DNA from: Macrostomum lignano
Lineage: Eukaryota
Direction: 5' to 3'
Length of the DNA: 64,000 nucleotides
Assembly: GCA_002269645.1 (NCBI GenBank)
Contig: NIVC01001068.1
Coordinates: 144,828-208,827, forward strand
The translations under genes and the position numbers were made by a program. The notes under the pieces were generated by a model. The model made no database searches. It was not told where the DNA came from and worked only from the letters and a program-made list of their open reading frames with translations. Below are positions 10,386 to 24,200 of this stretch, piece after piece. Numbering within the stretch: the stretch's first letter is position 1; every line of letters begins with the position of its first letter.

Positions 10386-13300
10386 CTACAGATCAGGCGA
10401 AGCGGCGGCGGTACAATCCTCCAGCAGCAGACGCTGTCTTCGATATTCCCACAGCGCCAGAGCGGCCGACACGTGCACATTCAGCGATCGAACTACGCCG
10501 GACATTGGAATCTCCAGACAGGCGTCCAGCTCGCCAATCAAATCCGGCGGAATGCCGCGCTTCTCGTGGCCAAGCAGCAGGAGGCAGCGCCGGGTAGCGG
10601 GGAACTGGAAGCGGTGCATCGGCCGGGAGCGCTCGGTCTGCTCCAGGCCGATCAGGGCGACGCCTTCGGCTCGCTGACGCCGCAGAAAGTCGAGCAACGG
10701 CTGGCCGGGCGGCACTTCGGCGAGGCGGAGCCAGCGGTGGGCGCCAAGTGACAGCTGGTCGAACTCCGGATCGGCTAGAAGTCGAAGGCTCGGCAGACAG
10801 ACGTCGGAGATACCGAACGATTCGGCAGAGCGGCAGAGGCCGCCCAGATTGTTGGCTTTGTCGATTAGGGAGGCCACAATGATGAGGCCGCCGGCGGCGG
10901 AAGCTGCGCCGACTGCAGTTGCAGGCTGGCTGAAGAAGTGAAAAAAGAGAGCATTTGCCGATATGTATCGAATTGAATATAACTAAAAAGGTAGAGTATG
11001 TTGTGTATTGCACAGTGTATCGATTTATCTGGTGACTTGGTTTAACTGAGCACTCTAGCTCAATCCATACAATAATGCTAAATTGCTTCATTCATGAGCA
11101 CTGGCCTTGTGTACGCGTTCTACAATGTACATCGCTCGCCTAGTTAAATATATGTCGGGGCTGGGCCAGTTTGAGCCTTGAGTGTTCTTGACTAGCCTAA
11201 CAAACTGACTTTCATCAATAACTTAACAGAGTATAGCATATTAATAACGATTCTTAAAAACGCCTACCGATATGTATCGAATTGATTATAGTACTAAACA
11301 GCATATCATCAACAATTCTACCTAGTCGCCTACCGATAGGTACTGAACTGAATTGAATATAACTAAACAACATAATTAACAATTCGTATAAACGCCTGCC
11401 GATATGTATCGAATTGAATATAACTAAAAAAGGAGAACACAACGTATCATTAACGATTCTTAGAATCGCCTGCCGATATGCATCGAATTAAATATAGCTA
11501 AAGCAGAGAGGAGAGAACATTAATAAAAGCACAAAAATCGTGGTAAAGCATGCCGATATGTATCGAAAAAACATTAAAAAAGCGCACTTACGAGCACTGT
11601 TGAGCCGATTGAGGTTTCCGTTGCAAACTACTTAAAGTAGGTTCGTTAACAGCCGACTCCTGCTGCTGCTCAACTACAGACGAGGCGGCGTTTAACACAG
11701 CCGATTCCAGAGCTTCGGCCGCTTGCCATCGATTTGGTAGCAACAGCTGACGCTCCAACGGTTCAATCGAGGCAGCGGAGTTCACTGTCACCACTGGCTG
11801 TTGAGCACTGCATCCGGTAGGCGCGGAGGCGATCGACCACTGATCTGGCAGGATCAGCTCCTCGGCCTGAAGGCCCCACAGCGCGGGAGCCAGTCGGCAG
11901 ACCGAATCGAGGCTAAGGTGGCCCCTAGGCAGGAAGTCGCTCAGCCACCAGTGCCGTTCAAGCAGGCCGAGCTTGCGGAATGCGTGCCGAGAACGGCGGA
12001 GAAAATCCGACCGCTGCGCTAAGCGACTTTCCACCGCGGCGTCTGGTGGTTTTTTATTAGGGAAATGAGAGTGGGATAATCTCACCCTCATTGTAGGATA
12101 ATCTCACCCTCACTGTAGGATAATCTCACCCTCCCTGTAGGATAATCTCTCCCACACTGTAGGATAATCTCCCACTCACTGTACGATAATCTCCCCCCTC
12201 ACTGTAGGATAATCTCTCCCTCACTGTAGGATAATCTCACCCTCCCTGTAGGATTATCTCTCCCTCACTGTAGGATAATCTCCCACTCACTGTACGATAA
12301 TCTCCCCCCTCACTGTAGGATAATCTCTCCCTCACTGTAGGATAATCTCACCCTCCCTGTAGGATAATCTCTCCCACACTGTAGGATAATCTCCCACTCA
12401 CTGTACGATAATCTCCCCCCTCACTGTAGGATAATCTCTCCCTCACTGTAGGATAATCTCACCCTCCCTGTAGGATTATCTCTCCCTCACTGTAGGATAA
12501 TCTCCCACTCACTGTACGATAATCTCCCCCCTCACTGTAGGATAATCTCTCCCTCACTGTAGGATAATCTCACCCTCCCTGTAGGATAATCTCTCCCTCA
12601 CTGTAGGATAATCTCCCCTCCCTGTAGGATAATCTCTCCCTCACTGTAGGATAATCTCACCCTCACTGTAGGATAATCTCGCACTCACCGTACGATAATC
12701 TCCCCCTCACTGTAGGATAATCTCTCCCTCACTTGTAGGATAATCTCCCCTCCCTGTAGGATAATCTCTCCCTCACTGTAGGATAATCTCTCCCTCACTG
12801 TAGGATAATCTCCCCTCACTGTAGGATAATCTCTCCCTCACTGTAGGATAATCTCCCCCTCACTGTATGATAATCTCCTCTCACTGTAGGATAATCTTCC
12901 ATCACTGTAGGATAATCTCCAACTCACCGTACAATAATCTCTCCCTCACTGTAGGATAATCTCCCCTCACTGTAGGATAATCACCCACTCACTGTAGGAT
13001 AATCTTCCATCACTGTAGGATAATCTCCCACTCACTGTAGGATAATCTTCCATCACTGTAGGATAATCTTCCATCACTGTAGGAAAATCTCCCCCTCACT
13101 GTAGGATATTCTTAACCTCATTTCAGGATAATCTCACCCTCACTGTAGTAATCTATTACTACGCTGGTAGAATACAGTGACCAATAAAATATGATCATCT
13201 GTTTAGGATGATAAAGAACACAATCTCATCAAAGAAGATTTTTTCGCAAAATCAACAACCGACTCACCTTTCAATCGGGCAGCACTCGCGGCCATGGAGC

Positions 13301-16300
13301 CCAACCGCAGTTCGGCAATTTGAGCATGCAATCGAATCTGCAACTGCTGAGCCAGGCACCAGTCTGCTGCCAGAGTCAGCACCCGGGTCACGTGATCGCT
13401 CAGTCGGCTGTCCGAATCTGCCAGCAGCTGATTGGCCACGAGAATCGATACGGATAACAGGCACGTGACGAATGCTGGCCGGCTGTCCGTGGAGAATTTC
13501 GACTGCGGATTGGAGATGGGGGAATTGTTCACTGTGTAGCTGATGGGGAATTGTTCACTGTGTAGCTGATGGGGAATTGTTCACTGTGTAGCTGATGGGG
13601 AATTGTTCACTGTGTAGCTGATGGGGAATTGTTCACTGTGTAGCTGATGGGGAATTGTTCATTGTGTAGCTGATGGGGAATTGTTCACTGTGTAGCTGAT
13701 GGGGAATTGTTCACTGTGTAGCTGATGGGGAATTGTTGACTGTGTAGCTGATGGGGAATTGTTCACTGTGTAGCTGATGGGGAATTGTTCACTGTGTAGC
13801 TGATGGGGAATTGTTCACTGTGTAGCTGATGGGGAATTGTTCACTGTGTAGCTGATGGGGAATTGTTCACTGTGTAGCTGATGGGGAATTGTTGACTGTG
13901 TAGCTGATGGGGAATTGTTCACTGTGTAGCTGATGGGGAATTGTTCACTGTGTAGCTGATGGGGAATTGTTCATTGTGTAGCTGATGGGGAATTGTTCAC
14001 TGTGTAGCTGATGGGGAATTGTTCACTGTGTAGCTGATGGGGAATTGTTGACTGTGTAGCTGATGGGGAATTGTTCACTGTGTAGCTGATGGGGAATTGT
14101 TCACTGTGTAGCTGATGGGGAATTGTTCATTGTGTAGCTGATGGGGAATTGTTCACTGTGTAGCTGATGGGGAATTGTTCACTGTGTAGCTGATGGGGAA
14201 TTGTTCACTGTGTAGCTGATGGGGAATTGTTCACTGTGTAGCTGATGGGGAATTGTTCACTGTGTAGCTGATGGGGAATTGTTCACTGTGTAGCTGATGG
14301 GGGAATTGTTCACTGTGTAGCTGATGGGGGAGTTGTTGACTGTGTAGCTGATGGGGGAGTTGTTGACTGTGTAGCTGATGGGGAATTGTTCACTGTGTAG
14401 CTGATGGGGAATTGTTCACTGTGTAGCTGATGGGGAATTGTTCACTGTGTAGCTGATGGGGAATTGTTCACTGTGTAGCTGATGGGGAATTGTTCACTGT
14501 GTAGCTGATGGGGAATTGTTCACTGTGTAGCTGATGGGGAATTGTTCACTGTGTAGCTGATGGGGAATTGTTCACTGTGTAGCTGATGGGGAATTGTTCA
14601 CTGTGTAGCTGATGGGGAATTGTTCACTGTGTAGCTGATGGGGAATTGTTCACTGTGTAGCTGATGGGGAATTGTTCACTGTGTAGCTGATGGGGAATTG
14701 TTCATTGTGTAGCTGATGGGGAATTGTTCACTGTTTAGCTGATGGGGAATTGTTGACTGTGTAGCTGATGGGGGAATTGTTCACTATGTAGCTGATGGGG
14801 AATTGTTCATTGTGTAGCTGATGGGGAATTGTTCACTGTGTAGCTGATGGGGAATTGTTCACTGTGTAGCTGATGGGGAATTGTTCACTGTGTAGCTGAT
14901 GGGGAATTGTTGACTGTGTAGCTGATGGGGAATTGTTCACTGTGTAGCTGATGGGGAATTGTTCACTGTGTAGCTGATGGGGAATTGTTCATTGTGTAGC
15001 TGATGGGGAATTGTTGACTGTGTAGCTGATGGGGAATTGTTCACTGTGTAGCTGATGGGGAATTGTTCACTGTGTAGCTGATGGGGAATTGTTCATTGTG
15101 TAGCTGATGGGGAATTGTTGACTGTGTAGCTGATGGGGAATTGTTGACTGTGTAGCTGATGGGGAATTGTTCACTGTGTAGCTGATGGGGAATTGTTCAC
15201 TGTGTAGCTGATGGGGAATTGTTCATTGTGTAGCTGATGGGGAATTGTTGACTGTGTAGCTGATGGGGAATTGTTGACTGTGTAGCTGATGGGGAATTGT
15301 TCACTGTGTAGCTGATGGGGAATTGTTCATTGTGTAGCTGATGGGGAATTGTTGACTGTGTAGCTGATGGGGAATTGTTGACTGTGTAGCTGATGGGGAA
15401 TTGTTCATTGTGTAGCTGATGGGGAATTGTTGACTGTGTAGCTGATGGGGAATTGTTGACTGTGTAGCTGATGGGGGAATTGTTCACTGTGTAGCTGATG
15501 GGGAATTGATCACTGTGTGGCTGATGAGGTATTCAATATCTGGCTGATATGGGAATTCAATATCTAGCTGATATGGGAATTCAATATCTAGCTGATAGGG
15601 GAATTCAATCCCTAGCTGATAGGGGAATTCAATCCCTAGCTGATAGGGGAATTCAATATTTAGCTGATGGGGGAATTCAATATCTAGCTGATAGGGGAAT
15701 TCAATATCTAGCTGATAGGGGAATTCAATCCCTAGCTGATAGGGGGATTCAATCCCTAGCTGATAGGGGAATTCAATCCCTAGCTGATAGGAGAATTCAA
15801 TATTTAGCTGATGGGGGAATTCAATATCTAGCTGATAGGGGAATTCAATATCTAGCTGATAGGGGAATTCAATCCCTAGCTGATAGGGGGATTCAATCCC
15901 TAGCTTATAGGGGAATTCAAGAATCAGTTTTCAGCGTTTTAAATCTAAAAACTGATATTAGTACAAAAAACGCGCATTTACTACTATAAATAAGTAGTAG
16001 ATTACTAGAAAATGATCTAATAAGAGTGAATTACTGCACTAAGTGAGCCGTCTCAGCACTGTTTGAACTTGAGAGAGAGAGAGAGAGACAGAGAGAGAAA
16101 AAGTTTTCTATCTAACTAGTTAAACAAACTCGATTTTTATCGTACAGGAGCATATGTTAATGCCTAAACAAATTAATTTTCATAAATCTATCCATATTTC
16201 TTAGAATACGGAAGTAAAGTCTGCAGTCTCTGCATTCATGGATCAGCCGTTGCTGAACGAAAGATTCAAGCAATGCAAACACTAACTACTCTTTTTAATA

Positions 16301-17590
16301 AAGTACATTTGATTGATTGATTGAAACTGTTGATATCAGAATCTGCTTATTATCAGGCGCGGCGCCCGGGTTAAAGCATTAACGTCACATCCAACATCAA
16401 TTACTAATTATAGGATTAAGAAGAACTCACTAATCTATTTAACCGAGTCTATGAGCTGAGAAAACATGAAAACACCTTGGACACGCCTTGCATAAATTTG
16501 TAGGATAGAAATCAGAACAGAAGTGGCTCAAATGCATTCTCGAATATTCACCATCTGCTCCCTCTCTTTGCTTTGCCGCTTTTTATTCCTTCCAATCTCT
16601 CCAGTCCCTCCATCCCTGTCTCTCCATTCATTTCTACCTTCTGTTAAATTTCTCCTTCAGCTCTCCCTTTCCCTTCATCACTACTTCTCTCTTCACACCC
16701 CCTGTTCATTTCTCCATCTTATTTCCCCTCTCCTTCTTCCTTTAGTTCTTGCTCTCGCTCTCTTCATCCTTCCCTTTTACCTCTCCTACCTTCATTTCTC
16801 CCTCTCCCTCTTTCCTTTCATTTCCCCCCCCTCCCTTCATTTCTCCCTCTCCATCTTTCCTTTCATTTCTCCCCCCTCCCTTCATTTCTCCCTCTCCCTC
16901 TTTCCTTTCATTTCTCCCTGTCTCCCTTCATTTCTCCCTCTCTTACCATCTCCCTGTCTCCCTTCAATTCTCCCTTTCTCCCTTCATTTCTCCCTTTCTT
17001 CCTACATTTCTCCCTGTCTCCCTTCATTTCTCCCTGTCTCCCTTCATTTCTCCCTCTCTCCCTTCATTTCCCCACTCTCTTTATTTCTTCCTCTCCCTTC
17101 ATCTTCCTTCTTTACCATCATTACTCTCTTCCTTTTTCACGCCCCTCCATTTATCTCTTTTTTCTGCATTTCTCCTGAAATTAAGTTCAAGCTGAAACCA
17201 TGAATCTCTTACCATATACGAGTATTTTTTCTGGCAGCTCCCCAGAGAACTCACTGACTCCAGAAGATCATAGAGCATATTGATCGCCCGGGTAGTGCTG
17301 TCCAGGCACAGTAGGCTGATAATCCATTCGGTCTGACTGCGAACGGAAGCGATCAATTCCGTGCTCAGGCAGTGCACCATCCAGTCCAGGACCAGGTCGG
17401 CGTGCTGCCCGTGTGGAGGTACAAACTCATGGGATTATAGGGATACTGTTTTCCTTGGGGAGACAGCAACAGGAAAGCAGGCGCGACAGATGGCAGGCTA
17501 TGTGACAGACAGACGGACAGACAGACAGACAGGCAGGCAGACAGACAGACAGACAGACAGACAGACACACAGACAGACAGACAGACACAC

Positions 17591-17633
<43 letters not shown>

Positions 17634-17746
17634 CACACAGACAGACACACAGACAGACAGATAGCCAGACAGACAGATAGACACACAGACAGACAGATAG
17701 CCAGACAGACAGATAGACACACAGACAGACAGACAGACAGACAGAA

Positions 17747-17813
<67 letters not shown>

Positions 17814-17842
17814 AAGACAGACAGACAGACAGACAGACAGAA

Positions 17843-17882
<40 letters not shown>

Positions 17883-17889
17883 GACAGAA

Positions 17890-17934
<45 letters not shown>

Positions 17935-17995
17935 CACAGAGAGACAGAAAGACAGACACACAGAGAGACAGAAAGACAGACAGACAGACAAAAAG

Positions 17996-18033
<38 letters not shown>

Positions 18034-18040
18034 GACAGAA

Positions 18041-18085
<45 letters not shown>

Positions 18086-18146
18086 CACAGAGAGACAGAA
18101 AGACAGACACACAGAGAGACAGAAAGACAGACAGACAGACAAAAAG

Positions 18147-18197
<51 letters not shown>

Positions 18198-18198
18198 C

Positions 18199-18233
<35 letters not shown>

Positions 18234-21200
18234 CCAAACCGCACCATAGGCAGGTGAGGCGCCAGGCAGAGCAGAGCGCAGAAGATCCGGTGCTTCTGCC
18301 TGTGCGCAGCGGAGTTGGTGAAGTTCTTGTACACCTTGGCCTGGCACAGCCCATCATAGTGCTGGCGCAGGCGCAGCAGCAGGGAGCGGACGAATCGGCT
18401 GTGCCGCTCGCAGACGCACTGGGGCAGGCGGCAGAGAAACTCCAGACTGGGAACGCGGTCGCTGCTCTCTCGACTGCGGGGACGGACCATTGTGGGATAT
18501 GCAGCAATAGTAGTATATTGGGGTTTTAATAAGAGGCTGGAGAGTAAAAAGGATGATGGTAAGGAGGTAGCGTGGAAGCTGGGAGGTGTGAAGATAAGAG
18601 AGAGTGAAAGAGAGGGCATAGAAAGAGGGTAAAGAGAGGGCAGCGGAAGAGGGTAAAGAGAGGGCAGGGGAAGAGGGTAAAGAGAGGGTAGGGGAAGAGG
18701 GTAAAGAGAGGGCAGGGGAAGAGGGTAAAGAGAGGGCATGGGAAGAGGGTAAAGAGAGGGCATGGGAAGAGGGTAAAGAGAGGGCAGGGGAAGAGGGTAA
18801 AGAGAGGGCAGGGGAAGAGGGTAAAGAGAGGGTAGGGGAAGAGGGTAAAGAGAGGGCAGGGGAAGAGGGTAAAGAGAGGGCATGGGAAGAGGGTAAAGAG
18901 AGGGCATGGGAAGAGGGTAAAGAGAGGGCAGGGGAAGAGGGTAAGTTGGAGGAGAACTCTTAACAGCCGTGTAAAGTAAACAAAAGTATTTGTAAGCAAA
19001 TGTACAAATGTACAAATGTAATTGTAAACAAATCAAAGCACGCTTACGTGGCGGCCTCCAAGTTAAAAGGCCAGCCTTTATCGTAGGCTGTCTCCAAGTA
19101 CACGTGCACTCTACCGGCGTAGCGCTGGAATCGACGGTGCACGGGACCGAAGATGAGGCCCGCCAGCAGCAGTCTGAGCAGGACCTCCTCGTCCCAGGAG
19201 CCTCGACAGTCGGCTACTGCGACGGAAGCTGTGGTCAGGAGCTCCCGAGTGAGAGCTTCGGCCAGGCCTACGCGGTTCTCGCTGCTGGCCAGCACGGAGT
19301 CTATGGCCTGAGTAGGGTGCATTGGCATGGAGCAATACAGAGTGAAAAGCCAATAATGCTTCAGAGGTGCTGCCCCTCCCTGATGCTTCAGAGGTGCTGC
19401 CCCCTCCCTGATGCTTCAGTGGATGCTGCTACCCCTCCCTGATGCTTCAGTGGTGCTGCTGCCCCTCCCTGATGCTTCAGTGGTGCTGCTGCCCCTCCCT
19501 GATGCTTCAGAGGTGCTGCCCCCTCCCTGATGCTTCAGAGGTGATGCCCCTCCCTGATGCTTCAGTGGATGCTGCTACCCCTCCCTGATGCTTCAGTGGT
19601 GCTGCTGCCCCTCCCAGATGCTTCAGTGGATGCTGCTACCCCTCACTGATGCTTCAGAGGTGCTGCCCCTCCCTGATGCTTCAGAGGTGCTGCCCCTCCC
19701 TGATGCTTCAGAGGTGCTGCCCCTCCCTGATGCTTCAGAGGTGCTGCTGCCCCCTCCCTGATGCTTCAGTGGATGCTGCTACCCCTCCCTGATGCTTCAG
19801 TGGTGCTGCTGCCCCTCCCAGATGCTTCAGTGGATGCTGCTACCCCTCACTGATGCTTCAGAGGTGCTGCCCCTCCCTGATGCTTCAGAGGTGCTGCCCC
19901 CTCCCTGATGCTTCAGAGGTGCTGCCCCTCCCTGATGCTTCAGTGGTGCTACCCCCTCCCTGATGCTTCAGTGGATGCTGCTACTCCCTCCCTGATGCTT
20001 CAGTGGATGCTGCTGCCCCCTCCCTGATGCTTCAGCGGTGACCCCTGCCCCTAGTAGATTCTCATTTCCACAGCGCCCCAACAGAACATCGTAAGCAAAA
20101 AGAAACGATCTCTTAACAAAAAACGACACAGTAAAACAAACCTCCAGCAATATCTGTCGCCCAGCCGCAGGCGCCGCCGCAGGCAGGCCCAGACAAATCG
20201 GCTCAGTAGCCAACAGTCTCAGATAGGCGGCCACAGGGGGCCAGCAGTGCTGCACAGCTAAATACTCGGATTCCAGCACTCGCCAACCTTGTCGAAGCAA
20301 ATCTCCAGTGCATTCGATCAACTCGTCAACAGACTGATTCGAGTCGCGATTTTTAGTTTCCGAACTAAATATGCCGACAGCAATTTCGAATAGTAGTTTC
20401 AAGGATTCCGGACGACTGACGAGATGCAAAGATTCTGTTATGGCTGGCACAGACTCCAGAATAGATGGAGCATTGAGCAGGCCGTTAGCTGACGATTCAC
20501 TGCGGCATAAGCAGGTGTGCAACAGGCGTAGGCGCTCCACACATTCGGATTCGATACTGCCGCTATCGCCACGCCTGGCATTGTTGCTGTTGGCGGGATG
20601 AATGCCATAGACTATAGGCGATTGCTTAGGGTGGAGGCGATTCCTAAGGGTGGTGACTGGTGGGGGCGATTCCTAAGTGTGTGGGGTGGAGGCGATTCCT
20701 AAATGTGGGGTGGAGGCGATTCCTAAATGTGTGGGGTGGAGGCGATTCCTAAATGTGGGGTGGAGGCGATTCCTAAATGTGGGGTGGAGGCGATTCCTAA
20801 ATGTGTGGGGTGGAGGCGATTCCTAAATGTGGGGTGGAGGCGATTCCTAAATGTGGGGTGGAGGCGAGTCCTAAATGTAGGGTGGAGGCGATTCCTAAAT
20901 GTGGGGTGGGGGCGATTTCTAAGTGTGTGGGGTGGAGGCGATTCCTAAATGTGGGGTGGAGGCGATTCCTAAATGTGTGGGGTGGAGGCGATTCCTAAAT
21001 GTGGGGTGGAGGCGATTCCTAAATGTGGGGTGGAGGCGATTCCTAAATGTGGGGTGGAGGCGATTCCTAAATGTGGGGTGGAGGCGATTCCTAAGGAATC
21101 GGGTAGGGTTGCTCGCTTAACAACAATTAAGTAGAGAGAACTCAAAATCAACATTTTAGTTTTTCCAATGCATTTCGACCACAATCTCGTCAACTGCAAA

Positions 21201-24200
21201 CTCAAATGCAAGGCTTCAAGACTTTCCTGAGAGCCCGCCTCGGACTAATCTCGTATGCAGCTCTCTGGCAACTGGTCTCTAAGAAAGCCAGAGAGAAGCT
21301 GCGTGCGGATGAACTGAGACTAGACAAGAAACTCAAGGGCCTATGGACCGAGCAAAAATCATCCCAAGAAATAAAGGCCGTCACCAATCTATCTAAGCAT
21401 GAGCTTTCGGTTCCCGAACTGAACTGCTTGCAACACTGCTTGCAACATAGCGAAATCCTATACTTCCAAGAAGAATTAACAAATTTCAAATCGCGGCCGA
21501 GCTTGAATCTGGGATTAGTAAGTGCCTTCGAGCTAAAATTTCTTTGAGTGGAGAGTTGCCAGATAGTTTTAGGATTTGTCTCATTGCCGAATTTGATAAG
21601 TTCATCTGCCGGGCTCGTGGGTATGTTGGTGCTAGACGTAATAGACTGGTCCATCAGACTCTGGAAGAGCTTAAGAAAAATTGTGCAGAACAAACTCAAA
21701 TTTCATTGCCTTGGTGAGGCCAATGAGGTCACTATGATGCACCCCGTGCTTAAAAATAAGAGATCTTTACAAACTTTTCTTAGAACCTATGTGAAGTCGC
21801 ACATGTGCCCTGATACTTTTCAACGGATTACTCCTTGTGGGAGCCAACCTGGCTAGCTGTATGGGCTGTGCAAAGTTCACAAAAGTGGCTACCCCCTCAG
21901 ACCTATTGTGTCCATTTTCGACAATGAGGCAAAAAAGGAAGAGTTCTTTAATACCATCAATGCTACCCATAAGAACATCAGGTTTACTTCTAAGGGTGGT
22001 GCTAAAAGACTTCCCTTTCTGGACATTGACGTTGATACGAGTAAAGGTTTGATTCAAACTAGCGTGTTTAGAAAAGCTAGCTTCACTGGTCTCATGCTTA
22101 GGTTCGATGCCCTCTGCCCTAGGCAATGGAAAGACGGTTTGGTATGGTGTTTTCTGCAAAGAGCTTTTTTGATTTGCAGTTCCTGGAAGCTTTTTCATGA
22201 GGAGCTGGAACAGCTTACTCGGCTGTTCATGTTGAATGGGTACCCTCGTGACCATATTTCCGGCATCATTAATAGGTTTCTCTGCAAGAAGTTTTCTGGT
22301 CAAAATCATACTCAGAAGAATGATCTCAATTGATGATCGTAGTCCCGTCATTGTGGTTCCTTATTTAGGCCTCTGCTCCATGGAGTTTGGGAAGAAAGTG
22401 GAAAAATTATTTAGAAGTCACATTGATTCCCAGCTCCAGGTTTTGTTCCGTACGGAAAAGATTGCTCAGTTTGTCTGCAGGTTGAAGTCCCGTGTTCCTG
22501 GACCACTTGTTGCAGGTGTCGTCTATAAATTTCATTGTTCTGTGGATCAGAACATCACCTACATTGGTAAAGCGACAATTGTACACAAGGGTTAAGGAGC
22601 ATTGGATTAGAAATTCTGCCATCAATGAGCACCTTCTCACGTGCAACTCGATCCTGCTGCAATATGAACTGTTTTGATATGTTTAAAGCTATCGATTCCT
22701 GTAGCAAAGAAAACAAATTGAACATTCTTGAGGCGATGTACATCAAGGTTCAGAAACCAAATTTGAACAGCCAGTTAGCCATGGGGGGTGCAAGCCGCCA
22801 ACTCAATGTGTTTTAGCTACGTTGGCAGTCTTGTTGAACTTTATTCAGGTTTTCTTTCTCTTGTTAACCAGACTAGACTGAAATTGATTTGTACATGGCA
22901 TTGTACAGTCTTCATTTCTTAAATAAAATATATAACTTGGTTCTGTGTGATTAATTGACGCGTCTGCCCTGAAGACGACCGATTGTGGTCGAAATGCATT
23001 GGCAAAACTAAAATGTTGATTTTGCGATTCCTAAGGGGGGGGGGGCGATTCCTAAGGGTGGAGGCGATTCCTAAAGGGGGGTTCCTAAAGGTAAGGGCGA
23101 TTCCTATACGTGGGGGCGATTTCAAAAGGTGAGGGAGGGGGCGATTTCAAAAGGTGAGGGAGGGGCGATTTCAAAAGGTGAGGGAGGGGGCGATTTCAAA
23201 AGGTGAGGGAGGGGGCGATTTCAAAAGGTGAGGGAGGGGGCGATTTCAAAAGGTGAGGGAGGGGGCGATTTCAAAAGGTGAGGGAGGGGGCGATTTCAAA
23301 AGGTGAGGGAGGGGCGATTTCTAAAGGTGAGGGAGGGGCGATTTCAAAAGGTGAGGGAGGGGGCGATTTCAAAAGGTGAGGGAGGGGGCGATTTCAAAAG
23401 GTGAGGGAGGGGGCGATTTCAAAAGGTGAGGGAGGGGGCGATTTCAAAAGGTGAGGGAGGGGGCGATTTCAAAAGGTGAGGGAGGGGGCGATTTCTAAAG
23501 GTGAAGGGGGAAGGGGCGATTCCTAAAGCTGGGGTGGGGCGATTCCTAAAGGTTGATGGGGGCGATTCCTAAGGGTAGGGGCGATTTCTAAAGGTGGGGA
23601 CAATTCCTAAGGGTGGAGGCGATTCCTAAAGGAGGGCGATTCCAAAAAGTGGGGGCGATTCTTAAGGGGGGTAGGCGATTCCTAAAAGGGGGTTGGCGAT
23701 TACTAAAGGTGGGGGCGATTTCTAAGGTAAGAGCAGCTTTTCAGGGCGATATTCTCGAGGTCACTTCTAATTATACTAATTACTTTCTATTAGGCGTCGT
23801 ATCCGACAGCTATACTGTCCGTCAAAAGTTCCGGAACCCTTGCTACGATGTCTTCTAGCGGACATAATTTCAGTCCGTTTCAATTGTAACTTGATTCAAA
23901 TGAAAGCTGCGGATCTCAGCTCCATGATGTGGTCAAGAAAAAGTTTATTCGAAGGAGCGCGTGTGAACAGGCCAGTGTTATGTACATAAAGGTTAGAGAA
24001 AAAAAGTGAGGAAAAGACAAACAAGCAATTGTCTATGGTTGCTGAGTCTATGGAGCAAAAACACATGGGAAGGAATCGGTTTGCGCGCAGTGTTCAGCCT
24101 GGCTAACATTAGTCTATGGCCAAAACTTGTGTTGAAATCAACAGGCTCTTATGGATTCTTGTGCAGTCAGCTTTCATGGGAGAGTAAAAAAGAGTAAAAA

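Larger units (their letters stand above)
20625..23730. repeat. GGCGATT(C/T)C(T/A)AA-core G-rich satellite (24-bp units at 20625-21093; 25-bp units at about 23030-23730), interrupted by a Penelope-like element
   Basis: The same core motif lies on both sides of the element. Confidence 0.9.

Noticed and set aside
19355-20040. Hammerhead or C/D-box motifs in CTGATG-containing arrays (also 13512-15525)
   Set aside because: The core reads CTGATGC or CTGATGG rather than CTGANGA, with no stem II-GAAA arrangement.
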